Both the position numbers and the translations under genes were made by a program. Shown piece by piece: positions 1-10,400 of a DNA stretch of 64,000 nt (position 1 is the stretch's first letter; each line of letters opens with the position of its first letter). Source of the stretch: Bacteroidia bacterium (lineage in GTDB: Bacteria; Bacteroidota; Bacteroidia; AKYH767-A; OLB10); contig JBBRAW010000003.1 of NCBI GenBank assembly GCA_038206385.1, positions 17,211-81,210 of the forward strand. Direction: 5' to 3'. The notes beneath the pieces were generated by a model. It was given only the letters and a program-made list of their open reading frames with translations. It made no database searches and was not told the DNA's origin.

Positions 1-64
1 GAAAATTAATTCTGTAAGTGAATTAAAGTCACTTCGGCAACTTATTATTCGAACAGAATTAGAG

Positions 65-664
65 ATGATGAAAATTGACTCATTACAGCATCATGGTTGG
101 CAAATTATTCTAAAAAGTGAAATGTCAAATTATTACGACTCCACCTTTCCTTTACTTTTAATCCGAAAAGGGAAGTTACTTATCCATGCACATAATACAC
201 TAAATTTTTACGTAAACCCAGAAAATCAAAATTATAAAACCGGTTTTAGCAATATAAAAAAAAGTATTTTAAAGAAAATTACTTCTGGAGAATTTCAAAA
301 TAATTTTTACACTTTCAAAAATTTTATATCTGAGTTACTATTGATCCCTGCATTATACTATCAAGCTTTGAATAATGAACCCATATTTAAAAAAGATAGT
401 TTTGAATGGATAGAAAATAATTTAGAAAAGAAATACTATTCAATCTTTGTGGAATTGTCTGTGTTAAGAACAACGTGGGCCCAAAGTGAAGTTGATGAAT
501 CAAAAGAACGTTTAGCTAATAAATTGAAATTATTAAAAATAGTATCAACAAAATTTAGAACGAAGTTGCCAGCGAGATATAAAGAATGGCTTAATCCAAT
601 AAGAAAAGAAATGTTGCTTCAAACATTGGATGAAATGGCAAATAAAATAGATTTAAAAAATTAG
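65..664 (+). CDS. hypothetical protein, first gene of polysaccharide locus
   Basis: ORF in operon-like array; stop overlaps next start (ATGA at 664). No recognisable motif. Confidence 0.4.
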   Translation: MMKIDSLQHHGWQIILKSEMSNYYDSTFPLLLIRKGKLLIHAHNTLNFYVNPENQNYKTGFSNIKKSILKKITSGEFQNNFYTFKNFISELLLIPALYYQALNNEPIFKKDSFEWIENNLEKKYYSIFVELSVLRTTWAQSEVDESKERLANKLKLLKIVSTKFRTKLPARYKEWLNPIRKEMLLQTLDEMANKIDLKN

Positions 665-2172
665 TGAAAAACCTTAAAATAGGCATACTTGTTTCGTCGG
701 ACCTAGTTCCTGCCTATATAAATAGGTGCATTGATGTATTGCAAAATTTTGAGGAAATACAATTATCTGTCTTAAAAATTAACTTGCCTTACGAAAGGAA
801 AACAATTAGAGAAAAATTTGCAAATTGTCTTTTCAAAATACCATCATTGCTAAAACCAGAAAAAATTAAATTGAAATTTAATTCTATTGAGGACTTTGAA
901 ATATCAAAATTTGATGTAGTATTTTCTTTTAATAAGTTTTTTTCCTCAGAAGGTGAAAAAAGTACAAACCTATTCAACATTCCATATTTCTCCAACTTAA
1001 CAAATAAATTTTCAAATTTCATTGCTTCAAAAATACATAACAATGAATCAAACATTGTTATATCAATTTATAACTCACAAGGAAACGTGATGCTTTCTCA
1101 TCGCCTTAAAACTTACCTTCAAAGTTATACTAAGACATATCAATCAGCATTAAATGATTTGCCGAATTTAATTAGTGATTTTATAAAAAGATACGATACA
1201 ATTTTAAATGAATCGCATTTAGATGAGGTTTCAATTCAAAGTGATAGCCGAATTCCAATAATTAGTACATACTTAAAGCAATTTATAAATTTATTATTTC
1301 TTCGATATGAAAATCTCTGTGGATTAACAATATGGAATGTTGGTAAAATTAATATGCCAATTTCGGAATTTGTATTCAATAATACTTCCCAAGTTAACAT
1401 TGATTGGTTAGAACCTAGTAATGGACGAAATTTCAATGCCGATCCTTTTGGAGTTTTTGATGAGAATGAAGAGTTTATTCTTTATGAATATTATGACTCT
1501 AAAAAGAAAAAAGGAATTATCAAAATCAAATCATCCATCAATGATAAATCGGATCAAATAATTCTTGAAAAACCTTATCATTTAAGCTACCCATTTCTAT
1601 TTCAATTTGAAGATGAGTGGTATTGCATACCTGAACAATGCCAATCGAACCAATTAGATCTTTATAAACTTGATAAATCATCTAGAAAATTGACATTTTG
1701 TAAAACAATCATCAATGAAATTGCAGCAGTAGATCCAACAATTCTATTTTATCAAGATAGATGGTGGCTTTTTTGCACTGATTCAAACAACAAAGGCGCT
1801 GATTTAAGATTAAATATTTATTTTGCCGATAATCCACTCAACAATTGGTTTCCTCATTCACTAAATCCAGTAAAAACAGATATTAGCTCTGCACGACCTG
1901 CCGGAACTCCATTTCTTTATAATGAAAAATTAATTAGACCATCCCAAAACAGTAGCAAAAGTTATGGGGGTAGCATCATAATTAATGAAATCGTTAAACT
2001 AACCACGACTGAGTTTCTAGAAATTAAATTAAAACAATTAAATCCGAATATATTTGAAGGAAGTTATCCTGACGGAATTCATACAATTTCTTCATTTGGA
2101 AATTGTACATTAATTGATGGCAAACGTATTGAATACAAATTCAAACATTTTCTAAATAGATTATTAAGATAA
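664..2172 (+). CDS. hypothetical two-domain protein (Rossmann-like N-terminus, beta-rich C-terminal domain), polysaccharide locus
   Basis: 502 aa ORF translationally coupled to neighbours. N-terminus 'KIGILVSS' is formyltransferase/Rossmann-like. No confident family assignment. Confidence 0.4.
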   Translation: MKNLKIGILVSSDLVPAYINRCIDVLQNFEEIQLSVLKINLPYERKTIREKFANCLFKIPSLLKPEKIKLKFNSIEDFEISKFDVVFSFNKFFSSEGEKSTNLFNIPYFSNLTNKFSNFIASKIHNNESNIVISIYNSQGNVMLSHRLKTYLQSYTKTYQSALNDLPNLISDFIKRYDTILNESHLDEVSIQSDSRIPIISTYLKQFINLLFLRYENLCGLTIWNVGKINMPISEFVFNNTSQVNIDWLEPSNGRNFNADPFGVFDENEEFILYEYYDSKKKKGIIKIKSSINDKSDQIILEKPYHLSYPFLFQFEDEWYCIPEQCQSNQLDLYKLDKSSRKLTFCKTIINEIAAVDPTILFYQDRWWLFCTDSNNKGADLRLNIYFADNPLNNWFPHSLNPVKTDISSARPAGTPFLYNEKLIRPSQNSSKSYGGSIIINEIVKLTTTEFLEIKLKQLNPNIFEGSYPDGIHTISSFGNCTLIDGKRIEYKFKHFLNRLLR

Positions 2173-3158
2173 TGTCGTTACTGAAATTTATCAATCGACC
2201 AGAATTTAAATTGCGATCATCGTATGATGAAGCAATTAATATTATCTCAAGCGATCTTATTAAAATTGAAGGTGTCAAAGCAATTTATCAGTTTGGAAAT
2301 ATTACAACGCCAGGAATATCTGATTTAGATTTATTGGTTGTAGTAAAAAATAATATTAAAATCCAACAAAATGGTTTTGAAAATTATCCATCGAAATTAA
2401 AATATTTATTTACGCATGGTATAATGGCATTATGTGAAGATCATTTTGAAAAAAATAATTATTATAGCATTTGGAGTGATTATCATTTAATAAATGGAAT
2501 AAATTCAATATCAGAAAATGGTGTTAAAAGATCGAATGAAGAGGAAACGATATTGAAAAAGCAAATTGCACTTGAATTTATTTTAATGAATTATATTGAC
2601 ATAAAAATACAATTGGAATATGGCGTTATTAAATTACGATCGCTTTTACAACATATCAAAGGTATTAAATACGATTTGGCATTCTTAAATATCACGCACA
2701 TCTTGTTAAACCAATTGCTAGATGAATTAAATTATTGGATAAAAAATTGGTTTAACGAAACACCAAACGATAAAGCATTATCAGATTTTGTATTTAGATT
2801 TGATAAAGTTTATCAGTTATTTGTAGAAGATGTCTTTTCAAAGGAAATATTATATCTGCCAACAGCTGAATCAGTAAAAATCTCAAAAAAAATAATTATT
2901 GAAAATTCAAACAGCATTAGCTTTACAAGGAATGGATTTATTTTGCCGCCAATAATTCATCTTTTCTCAGGAAATAAATTTATTAAAATGCAAAACAAAT
3001 TGAATAGCTTCAATTTTCATGCACCATTTACAAATATTAGTAAAGATCAAATACTAGTAGACCGATTCATTTTTTTGAGTGAGATGAAAACATATAACGA
3101 TATTTATTTACCTAATTTTAGCACATTAACTTCAAGCATCACTGCAAAAATAATATAG
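2172..3158 (+). CDS. hypothetical protein, possible nucleotidyltransferase-fold N-terminus
   Basis: Motif 'GNITTPGISDLDLLVVV' resembles the GS..D.D nucleotidyltransferase signature. Start overlaps upstream stop. Confidence 0.35.
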   Translation: MSLLKFINRPEFKLRSSYDEAINIISSDLIKIEGVKAIYQFGNITTPGISDLDLLVVVKNNIKIQQNGFENYPSKLKYLFTHGIMALCEDHFEKNNYYSIWSDYHLINGINSISENGVKRSNEEETILKKQIALEFILMNYIDIKIQLEYGVIKLRSLLQHIKGIKYDLAFLNITHILLNQLLDELNYWIKNWFNETPNDKALSDFVFRFDKVYQLFVEDVFSKEILYLPTAESVKISKKIIIENSNSISFTRNGFILPPIIHLFSGNKFIKMQNKLNSFNFHAPFTNISKDQILVDRFIFLSEMKTYNDIYLPNFSTLTSSITAKII

Positions 3159-3159
3159 T

Positions 3160-3879
3160 ATGGAATTAAAAAACCCTGGTGCAGTAATTGAAAATAGCAT
3201 TAGAATGAAATTGATGAACGATTTCTTCACTAATTTCGGACATGCAGAAGTTTTACTCGACTTAGGTTGTGGTGCGAGACCTTATTACGAATGTTACGCC
3301 TCACATTTTGATCGTACGATAGGTGCTGATCTAGCTGATTCCCCTTTCCCTAAAAAACAAATAGATATATATTGCTTCGCAACCAATGTTCCTTTGCCTG
3401 ATGAAAGTGTGGATGTAATTTTATGCACAGAAGTACTACAGGACATAGCTGAACCCAATGATCTGATTAAAGAAGTTAAGCGACTATTAAAACCAAACGG
3501 AATATTAGTGTTAACAGTTCCATTTCTCGTTCCCATTGCAGATGGTATCTATGATCATAACAGATTTACTATTCACGGATTAAAATATCAGTTGACGAAA
3601 GGTGGTTTTGCCGTTCAAGAATTAATTCCAGTTTCAGATACATTTGGTGTGGCCATAACCTTATCGGTAAAACCAATACTCAAACTTTGGAATATCATTT
3701 CGAAAGCACTTCACATAAAGCTAATTTATAAATGGTTTAATCCATTATTATTCATAACCGTAATATTACCGCAAATAATTTATTTAGCAACAAAACAGTT
3801 ACCACTATTTAAACAATTATACAATCGTTTTAACTATGGTCCAATTGGCTATGTAAGCATCTCTAAGAAATTAAAATAA
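3160..3879 (+). CDS. class I SAM-dependent methyltransferase
   Basis: Motif I 'LLDLGCGARPY', acidic motif II 'DVILCTEVL', 'LKPNGILVLTVP'. Confidence 0.75.
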   Translation: MELKNPGAVIENSIRMKLMNDFFTNFGHAEVLLDLGCGARPYYECYASHFDRTIGADLADSPFPKKQIDIYCFATNVPLPDESVDVILCTEVLQDIAEPNDLIKEVKRLLKPNGILVLTVPFLVPIADGIYDHNRFTIHGLKYQLTKGGFAVQELIPVSDTFGVAITLSVKPILKLWNIISKALHIKLIYKWFNPLLFITVILPQIIYLATKQLPLFKQLYNRFNYGPIGYVSISKKLK

Positions 3880-4985
3880 TGTCAAGAATTAAAGTACTGC
3901 ATATTTTATGGTCAGCATCTATGGGCGGAATTGGCCGTGTAGTTATTAACTTATGCAATGCTCAACTTAGAAATGATCACCTTTCAATTGGTGTTCTTGT
4001 AGCGAAATCAGAAGGAGAATTGTTACCTCAATTAAAAACACTTGGAATAAAAATTCATGAACCTGGATTCATAAAAGGAAATGACAAAAGTAAAGAAGTG
4101 TTGTTAAATTGCAAAAAAACTTTTGAAGAATACGACATACTTCACTTTCATTCATTCAATCCTTCATTAGCTAAACTCGCAGTAAAAAGTAAAAAGAAAA
4201 TAATTTATACGGAACATGGCAATTTCGCTTTTGGAAGAAAGATGACCATAAAAGATTATATTGTTCGCTATTTTCAACAAATTTTTTTGAATAAGCAAGT
4301 AAATTTTATCACCTTCAATTCAGAGTTTTCAAAAAACACTTCCTTGAAAAGATTTGGATTGCAAAAAGTGAAAAACAAAGTTGTTTATAACGGTTGTGCT
4401 GATTTAAAAAAATCATTAAGCATAAATAATTTTCAACGTACCAAAGATGAAATCCTAATCACAACTATTGGTAGATTAGCAATTGTTAAAAGAATTGATC
4501 GATTACTTAATGCGTTTTCACTTTTTGATCACCACAACACCAGACTGCTTATCGTTGGTGAAGGTCCATTAAAGGAAGAACTAGAAAATATTTCAAGAGA
4601 AAAAGATATTACAAAAGATACTGTCTTTACTGGAATAAAAGATTCACAATCTATACTTCAAATTTCCGATATTTGTGTGTTTCCATCTCAAAATGAAGCT
4701 TTTGGTTTAGTCGCCATTGAAGCATATCAACAAGGAAAGCCAGTGATAGTATTTGCTGATGGTGGCGGACTTCCAGAATTGGTAAATCAAATAGAACCAG
4801 AATTGATTGTTAATTCGGAAAGTGAATTAGCAATATTACTTGAAAAAATGATAAAAGAAATTAACTTGTTTAATACTGACGAAAAAATTATACTAAGAAA
4901 AACTTTCGCCAGAAAATTTACTATTGAAAAAATGGAGTCTGAATTATACAGTATTTATAGCGAAGTGTTCAATGTGCGGAATTAA
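3879..4985 (+). CDS. glycosyltransferase family 4
   Basis: GT-B/GT4 C-terminal signature 'EAFGLVAIEAYQQGKPVIVFADGGGLPELV'. Confidence 0.85.
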   Translation: MSRIKVLHILWSASMGGIGRVVINLCNAQLRNDHLSIGVLVAKSEGELLPQLKTLGIKIHEPGFIKGNDKSKEVLLNCKKTFEEYDILHFHSFNPSLAKLAVKSKKKIIYTEHGNFAFGRKMTIKDYIVRYFQQIFLNKQVNFITFNSEFSKNTSLKRFGLQKVKNKVVYNGCADLKKSLSINNFQRTKDEILITTIGRLAIVKRIDRLLNAFSLFDHHNTRLLIVGEGPLKEELENISREKDITKDTVFTGIKDSQSILQISDICVFPSQNEAFGLVAIEAYQQGKPVIVFADGGGLPELVNQIEPELIVNSESELAILLEKMIKEINLFNTDEKIILRKTFARKFTIEKMESELYSIYSEVFNVRN

Positions 4986-6876
4986 CGGCTTATTTATTCT
5001 TAATGGAAGAATGCTTGCTGATGGAAATGAACTCATCAGTAAAATGAATTATTGCATTCGTCACCGCGGGCCAGATGATACTGGAATTTGGTCGGATGCA
5101 GAACGAGGAATTTTTCTTGGACATCAACGATTAAGTATCATCGATCTATCATCAACAGGTCATCAACCAATGCTCGATGGATTTGGTAATGCAATCGTTT
5201 TTAATGGTGAAATTTATAATTACAAATCTCTAAAGTCAGAAATAAAGGATTATCATTTTAAATCGGAAAGTGATACAGAAGTTTTGTTAAACTTATATGC
5301 AAAAAAAGGTCACAGTACATTAGAAGATTTAAATGGTATGTTTTCATTTTCATTTTGGAATAAGGAAAAAGAAGAATTACAATTAGCAATAGATCGCGCT
5401 GGGAAAAAACCACTTTATTACAGCACAATCAATGGTATATTTGCTTTTTCATCAGAAGTGAAATCTTTACTTTCATTGCCATGGATAAAAGCTAAATTAG
5501 ATGACGAGGCATTATATCATTTTTTAACTTTCAATCAACTAAGTGCACCGCAAACAATGTTTGAGGGGATCAATAAACTGGAGCCAGGATATTTACTCAC
5601 TGTAAATAAAAATGGAATTAAAGAACATCGAAAATATTGGGATGTAAATTATTCTGATTATCGAAAATTAAATGAAAAACAATTATGTGATAAAGTATTT
5701 GATGAGTTAACAAAAGCAGTAGATTACAGAATGGTATCTGATGTTCCAGTAGGTGCATTCCTTAGTGGTGGTGTCGATTCAAGTGCCGTAGTAGCACTGA
5801 TGCGAGCAAAAAGTACATCTACAATTAAAACATATTCTGTAGGGTTTGAAGGGCAACCAGATTACGATGAAAGAATTTATGCGCAACAAATTTCAAAACA
5901 ATTTAATACAGAACATTTTGAAAAAATTGTAAGTCCAAATGATATTGCAGAGTTTCTTCCAAGAATAGTAGACATTTTTGATGAGCCTATGGCAGATTCT
6001 ACATGCATTCCAATTTATTTTATCTCACAATTAGCAAAACAAAATGGAACTATTGTAGTTCAAACTGGTGATGGCGCAGATGAACTCTTTGCAGGTTATC
6101 GAGGTTGGATGAAATATGAACAACTGTATCCTTGGTATCATCGGTATCAATTACTACCATCAATAATAAAAAACAGTATTGCAACGTTAGCAAGTGCGGA
6201 ACAAAAAGAATCTGTTAATGCTGAAATATTACAAAGAGCTGCTCATGATCAAGAATTTTTTTGGGGTGGAGCAAAATCTTTCAAAGAACATACGAAGCGT
6301 AGTTTCTTAACTAATGAATGGTCATTGAAATTAAAAAATGTTGACTCCTATTCTATCATTAAAAAAGTAAGATCTCAATTTAGTGAATTGCAAAAATCAA
6401 ATCCACAACTAGGAGATTTAGATTGGATGTGTTATCTTGGTTTCAAACAACAAATTCCTTGGAAGTATTTATACAGGATGGATCGTATTGGAATGAGTCA
6501 TGGTATTGAAATTAGAAATCCTTTTTTAGATTTCAATATGGTTAACTTAGCACTTTCGATTCCATCAAAATTTAAGATCGAGAATGGTGAACCAAAGTAC
6601 ATTTTAAAGAAATCTCTAGAACGTATTCTTCCGCATGAAATATTATATAGAAAAAAAATGGGGTTCTGTGTACCATTACGTGAATGGTCAGGCGATATCA
6701 TGTTGGAATATGTAGAAAGTAATTTACATGAATTTTGTAGTAACACAGGAATATTTAATGAATCTGGATTGCGAAAAAATATTGAAGAGATTAGAAAAGG
6801 AAATACAAAGTACACGAATAACCTTTGGACAATTTATTTTTTAATTGCTTGGTTTAAGAAATGGATGTCGGCGTAA
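4972..6876 (+). CDS. asnB: asparagine synthase (glutamine-hydrolysing), polysaccharide-locus amidotransferase type
   Basis: 'MCGINGLF' N-terminal Cys nucleophile. PP-loop 'SGGVDSS'. AsnB C-terminal region. Start trimmed to Met-Cys at 4972; overlaps upstream stop. Confidence 0.9.
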   Translation: MCGINGLFILNGRMLADGNELISKMNYCIRHRGPDDTGIWSDAERGIFLGHQRLSIIDLSSTGHQPMLDGFGNAIVFNGEIYNYKSLKSEIKDYHFKSESDTEVLLNLYAKKGHSTLEDLNGMFSFSFWNKEKEELQLAIDRAGKKPLYYSTINGIFAFSSEVKSLLSLPWIKAKLDDEALYHFLTFNQLSAPQTMFEGINKLEPGYLLTVNKNGIKEHRKYWDVNYSDYRKLNEKQLCDKVFDELTKAVDYRMVSDVPVGAFLSGGVDSSAVVALMRAKSTSTIKTYSVGFEGQPDYDERIYAQQISKQFNTEHFEKIVSPNDIAEFLPRIVDIFDEPMADSTCIPIYFISQLAKQNGTIVVQTGDGADELFAGYRGWMKYEQLYPWYHRYQLLPSIIKNSIATLASAEQKESVNAEILQRAAHDQEFFWGGAKSFKEHTKRSFLTNEWSLKLKNVDSYSIIKKVRSQFSELQKSNPQLGDLDWMCYLGFKQQIPWKYLYRMDRIGMSHGIEIRNPFLDFNMVNLALSIPSKFKIENGEPKYILKKSLERILPHEILYRKKMGFCVPLREWSGDIMLEYVESNLHEFCSNTGIFNESGLRKNIEEIRKGNTKYTNNLWTIYFLIAWFKKWMSA

Positions 6877-6877
6877 A

Positions 6878-8014
6878 ATGAAAAAAATACTGCTGATAAC
6901 TAATATTCCCAACCCATATCGGGTTCCATTATTCAATGTTCTAAAGGAGCAAATGATGAAAGAGCAATTCCATCTAAAAGTTGTATTTGCTTCTGCTGGA
7001 TACAATAGGAGATATTTTAAATTATCTTCTAACGATTTTAACTTCGATCATGTAATTCTTAACGGAGCTACAATAAGCTCTTCAAAAGATTCAGAGAAAA
7101 CCTATTTTTTGTATAAAGGACTTTGGAAATTATTACGAAGTGAAAGGCCAAATAAGATAATCGTATCAGGGTTTTCATCTGCAACAATGATGGTATTTCT
7201 ATGGCGAATTCTTACAGGAACGAAATATATTATTTGGTCAGGATCAATAGAAAAAGAAAATAGAAATTCTACAATTTTTCGTACACTTCAACGAAAATTT
7301 CTTTGTTCATTGGCAAGTGCCTTTGTTGTTTATGGATCGAAAGCAAAAGAATATCTCCAAAAATATGGTGCAAAAGAAAACAAAATCGCAGTAGCCATTA
7401 ATACAGTTGATACCGATTTTTTCCATACAGAAACAGCGAGATTAAGAAATGAAAATAAAAAAATAGATAGTCCAATTACGTTTACTTATTTAGGTTATTT
7501 AGTGCCAAGAAAAAATGTGATACTTTTACTCGAAACGATAAAAATTGTTTCAAAAAGTAGAACAAATTTTCAACTTGATATTATTGGAGAAGGTTCTTCT
7601 AAAGTAGATTTAGAGAAGTATGTTCAAGAAAATGAACTCTCCTCCATCATAAAGTTTCATGGTTTTAAACAAAAAGAAGAAATACCTGCTTTCTTTGCAA
7701 AAAGTAACGCTCTTTTATTCCAAACAGATTTCGACATTTGGGGATTGGTTTTAAATGAAGCTATGGCAGCTGGAATAACTTGTTTATCCTCTATAAATGC
7801 AGGAGCAACATTCGATCTTATCCAAAATGGAGTTAATGGATATTCTGTTGATTTTAATGATAAAAATGCAATCGCCACCAAGATAATCAGTATCATTGAT
7901 AGTCCAGAATTAGCAATGAAAATGGGGGAACAAGCTGCTGCATTTATACGTACAAATGCTACTCTTACTACATCATCAAAAGGATTTATCAATGCACTAA
8001 GGTTGGCAGAATAA
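6878..8014 (+). CDS. glycosyltransferase family 4
   Basis: GT-B fold. 'GLVLNEAMAAGITCLSS' E-x7-E-like region. Likely start MKKILL at 6878. Confidence 0.75.
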   Translation: MKKILLITNIPNPYRVPLFNVLKEQMMKEQFHLKVVFASAGYNRRYFKLSSNDFNFDHVILNGATISSSKDSEKTYFLYKGLWKLLRSERPNKIIVSGFSSATMMVFLWRILTGTKYIIWSGSIEKENRNSTIFRTLQRKFLCSLASAFVVYGSKAKEYLQKYGAKENKIAVAINTVDTDFFHTETARLRNENKKIDSPITFTYLGYLVPRKNVILLLETIKIVSKSRTNFQLDIIGEGSSKVDLEKYVQENELSSIIKFHGFKQKEEIPAFFAKSNALLFQTDFDIWGLVLNEAMAAGITCLSSINAGATFDLIQNGVNGYSVDFNDKNAIATKIISIIDSPELAMKMGEQAAAFIRTNATLTTSSKGFINALRLAE

Positions 8015-8020
8015 TATATT

Positions 8021-9295
8021 ATGAAAATTAAGGATTGGATTAAATGGTACAAGAGTTTACACATATCACGAAAGTGGTTTGTAATTCTAGTATTATTACG
8101 ACCAATCATTGATAGTTTTTATGGTCTCAAAGAATCATCAGCTTTAGCAAGCCCGTTATACATCGTTGGAGCATTAACCCCGTTTTTAGTTGTTGGTAGT
8201 TTCATGTCTCATAAATTTCCAAGAAAAAATAAAACATTTCAAGATATTCCGATGTCAATCTGGGCAATCTTTGTGGCATTTAATTGTTTAATATTTTATT
8301 TCATTGATTTATCGGTTGTCGCATTTGGTGATTTAATTAAATATTGCACTCCCTTTATTCTTTACTTCTACTGTAGAAGATTCGTACAATCACGACAAGA
8401 TATGCTTGGACTATTAACCGCGTTTATGATTGGTTGTACGTATCCATTCTTCATGTTACTTTATGAATCAATAATCAATCCTATCGGAATTGATTATCTA
8501 AGTGCGGGACGAGGCGGAGGATCTCGGATTCGTGGCGAATATGCCGATATTATGAATTACGCAATTTATCTCGCAGCATTTTTAATTGCCATGGGATATC
8601 TGTATTTAAGATCCATTTATGAAAAAGGAATTACGATCAAGATAAAACCAATTTATCTTATCATAACATTAATATTTGTCCTTTATGGTTTAACAAGAAT
8701 CAAACATGTATCCACTTGGACTGTTGCATTATTTTGCTTTGTACTTTTTATGTTTCACAACTTAAAAAATGTTAAAGGTATTGCAATGGTATTTGCATTA
8801 ATGATTGTGATATTACCATTTTTTGCTGAAGATATTTATATAGCAGAAATTCAACCATTAATTAATAAAGAAATTCTAGTTGCAAAAGGGGAACGTGACT
8901 CTCAACAAGCATTAAATGGTAGAGTGAATAGATGGGAAAAATATATTGAAATATGGGAACAAATGCCAGCGATTAATCACTTTATTGGTGTAACAACTTC
9001 GAATTTTCCTGAAACTGATGCTATGATAAGCGCTGGAATGCACAGTGATTATATTCGTCTACTTTTTCTAAGCGGATTCATTGGATTAGGATTTTATCTG
9101 CTATCCATCTTTTTCATTGCATCTAATTATTTTGAATTACGAATACCAGAAAAATTTCTATTAGCTGCAAGTGTTAGCGCACTTGTTTTATGGTCGGTAA
9201 GTACAATACCTACTTTGTATGCTCCATTACTCTACTTTACTTATCCTATTTTTGCTTACGCATTACTTCCAAAAGAAAGACAATACATCAATTAA
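8021..9295 (+). CDS. O-antigen polymerase/ligase-like (Wzy family) polytopic membrane protein
   Basis: About 10-12 predicted TM helices with a large periplasmic loop; sits between GTs in a polysaccharide locus. Confidence 0.55.
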   Translation: MKIKDWIKWYKSLHISRKWFVILVLLRPIIDSFYGLKESSALASPLYIVGALTPFLVVGSFMSHKFPRKNKTFQDIPMSIWAIFVAFNCLIFYFIDLSVVAFGDLIKYCTPFILYFYCRRFVQSRQDMLGLLTAFMIGCTYPFFMLLYESIINPIGIDYLSAGRGGGSRIRGEYADIMNYAIYLAAFLIAMGYLYLRSIYEKGITIKIKPIYLIITLIFVLYGLTRIKHVSTWTVALFCFVLFMFHNLKNVKGIAMVFALMIVILPFFAEDIYIAEIQPLINKEILVAKGERDSQQALNGRVNRWEKYIEIWEQMPAINHFIGVTTSNFPETDAMISAGMHSDYIRLLFLSGFIGLGFYLLSIFFIASNYFELRIPEKFLLAASVSALVLWSVSTIPTLYAPLLYFTYPIFAYALLPKERQYIN

Positions 9296-10395
9296 TGAAG
9301 CGTAAAGTTGTTCTTATTTTGGGTAAAGTTCCACCACCGTATATGGGACCGTCAATCGCAACAGAAATTCTTTTGAAATCTGGATTGAATAATAATTTTA
9401 ATTTAATTCATGTTGATACAAAAGTAAATGCTGATTTAAAAGATATTGGTAAATGGAGTTTTGAAAAAATAAAAAATTATTATATCATTTGGAAAAGATT
9501 GATTGAAAAAATTAAAACGCATCAACCAGATTTAGTTTTAATTCCAATTAGTCAAAGCACAATTGGTTTTTTAAAAGATTCTATTTTTATTTTGATAGCA
9601 AAGTTTTATAAACGTAAGACATTATTACATCTTAGAGGTAGTGATTTTAGAAATTGGTTGATTAAAACCAATAAAATAAATCAGTGGTATGTGCGTACAT
9701 GTTTAAATACTACTAATGGAATAATTGTTTTAGGCAATAACCTCCGACCTGTTTTTAAAAATCTATTTGCTGATGATAAAATATTTGTAGCACCAAATGG
9801 AGGTAATTATTTAATTCCGTCAAGAACTAGAGAAAGCAATATTCTCCGAATTCTTTATCTTGGTAATCTTCAATCATCAAAAGGTATCGAAGATGTAATT
9901 GATGCCTCAGTAATTTTACAAAAATCGCACGCTAATAAATTCGAGTTAGAAGTAATTGGTGGCTGGCGAAAAGATGACATCAAGCAAAAGTGTTTAAGAA
10001 TTATTGATGATAATAATCTACCAGTTCACTTCACACCTCCTGAATTAAGTAAAAATAAATTGCAAGAATTAAGTAATGCTGATATCTTCGTATTTCCACC
10101 CCGAGAACCTGAAGGACATCCTTGGGTAATTATTGAAGCAATGGCTGCTAGTTTACCAATAATAAGTACCGATCAAGGGGCAATAATAGAATCCGTCCAA
10201 GAAGGAAAGAATGGATTTATTGTTCCATCTGCAAATCCAAAAAGTATCGCCGAGAAAATGGCTATTCTTATCGATAACGAAGAATTAAGGCAACGAATGG
10301 GCGTTGAAAGTCGTAAAAGTTACGAAGCTAAATTCACAGAAAAAGTTATGGTAGAAAACTTATCGAGAATATTTAATATTGTAATTTCACAATAA
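9295..10395 (+). CDS. glycosyltransferase family 4
   Basis: 'REPEGHPWVIIEAMAASLPIISTDQGAIIESV' GT4 signature. Start MKRKVV at 9295 overlaps upstream stop. Confidence 0.8.
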   Translation: MKRKVVLILGKVPPPYMGPSIATEILLKSGLNNNFNLIHVDTKVNADLKDIGKWSFEKIKNYYIIWKRLIEKIKTHQPDLVLIPISQSTIGFLKDSIFILIAKFYKRKTLLHLRGSDFRNWLIKTNKINQWYVRTCLNTTNGIIVLGNNLRPVFKNLFADDKIFVAPNGGNYLIPSRTRESNILRILYLGNLQSSKGIEDVIDASVILQKSHANKFELEVIGGWRKDDIKQKCLRIIDDNNLPVHFTPPELSKNKLQELSNADIFVFPPREPEGHPWVIIEAMAASLPIISTDQGAIIESVQEGKNGFIVPSANPKSIAEKMAILIDNEELRQRMGVESRKSYEAKFTEKVMVENLSRIFNIVISQ

Positions 10396-10400
10396 AATTT

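Noticed and set aside
65-664. Phase-variable invertible promoter in front of the polysaccharide locus
   Set aside because: Only 64 bp of upstream sequence are available. No inverted repeats or recombinase visible, so it cannot be assessed.
7657-8109. 150-aa antisense ORF inside and overlapping the GT4 and Wzy genes
   Set aside because: Shadow ORF on the opposite strand of two strongly supported genes. No motif. Composition typical of antisense frames in AT-rich DNA. Same for 789..1055, 1236..1436, 3294..3536, 6498..6815, 13805..14074, 18201..18467, 19920..20198, 21039..21260, 22991..23215, all the short antisense ORFs inside 24919..29574, 29979..30482, 33635..33871, 36046..36387, 36824..37702, 38285..38539, 41041..41241, 44960..45610, 47508..47699, 48943..49125, 54003..54194, 54624..55086, 56301..57312, 57852..58402, 59057..59296, 59522..59785, 61806..62036, 62526..62711, 63092..63298.
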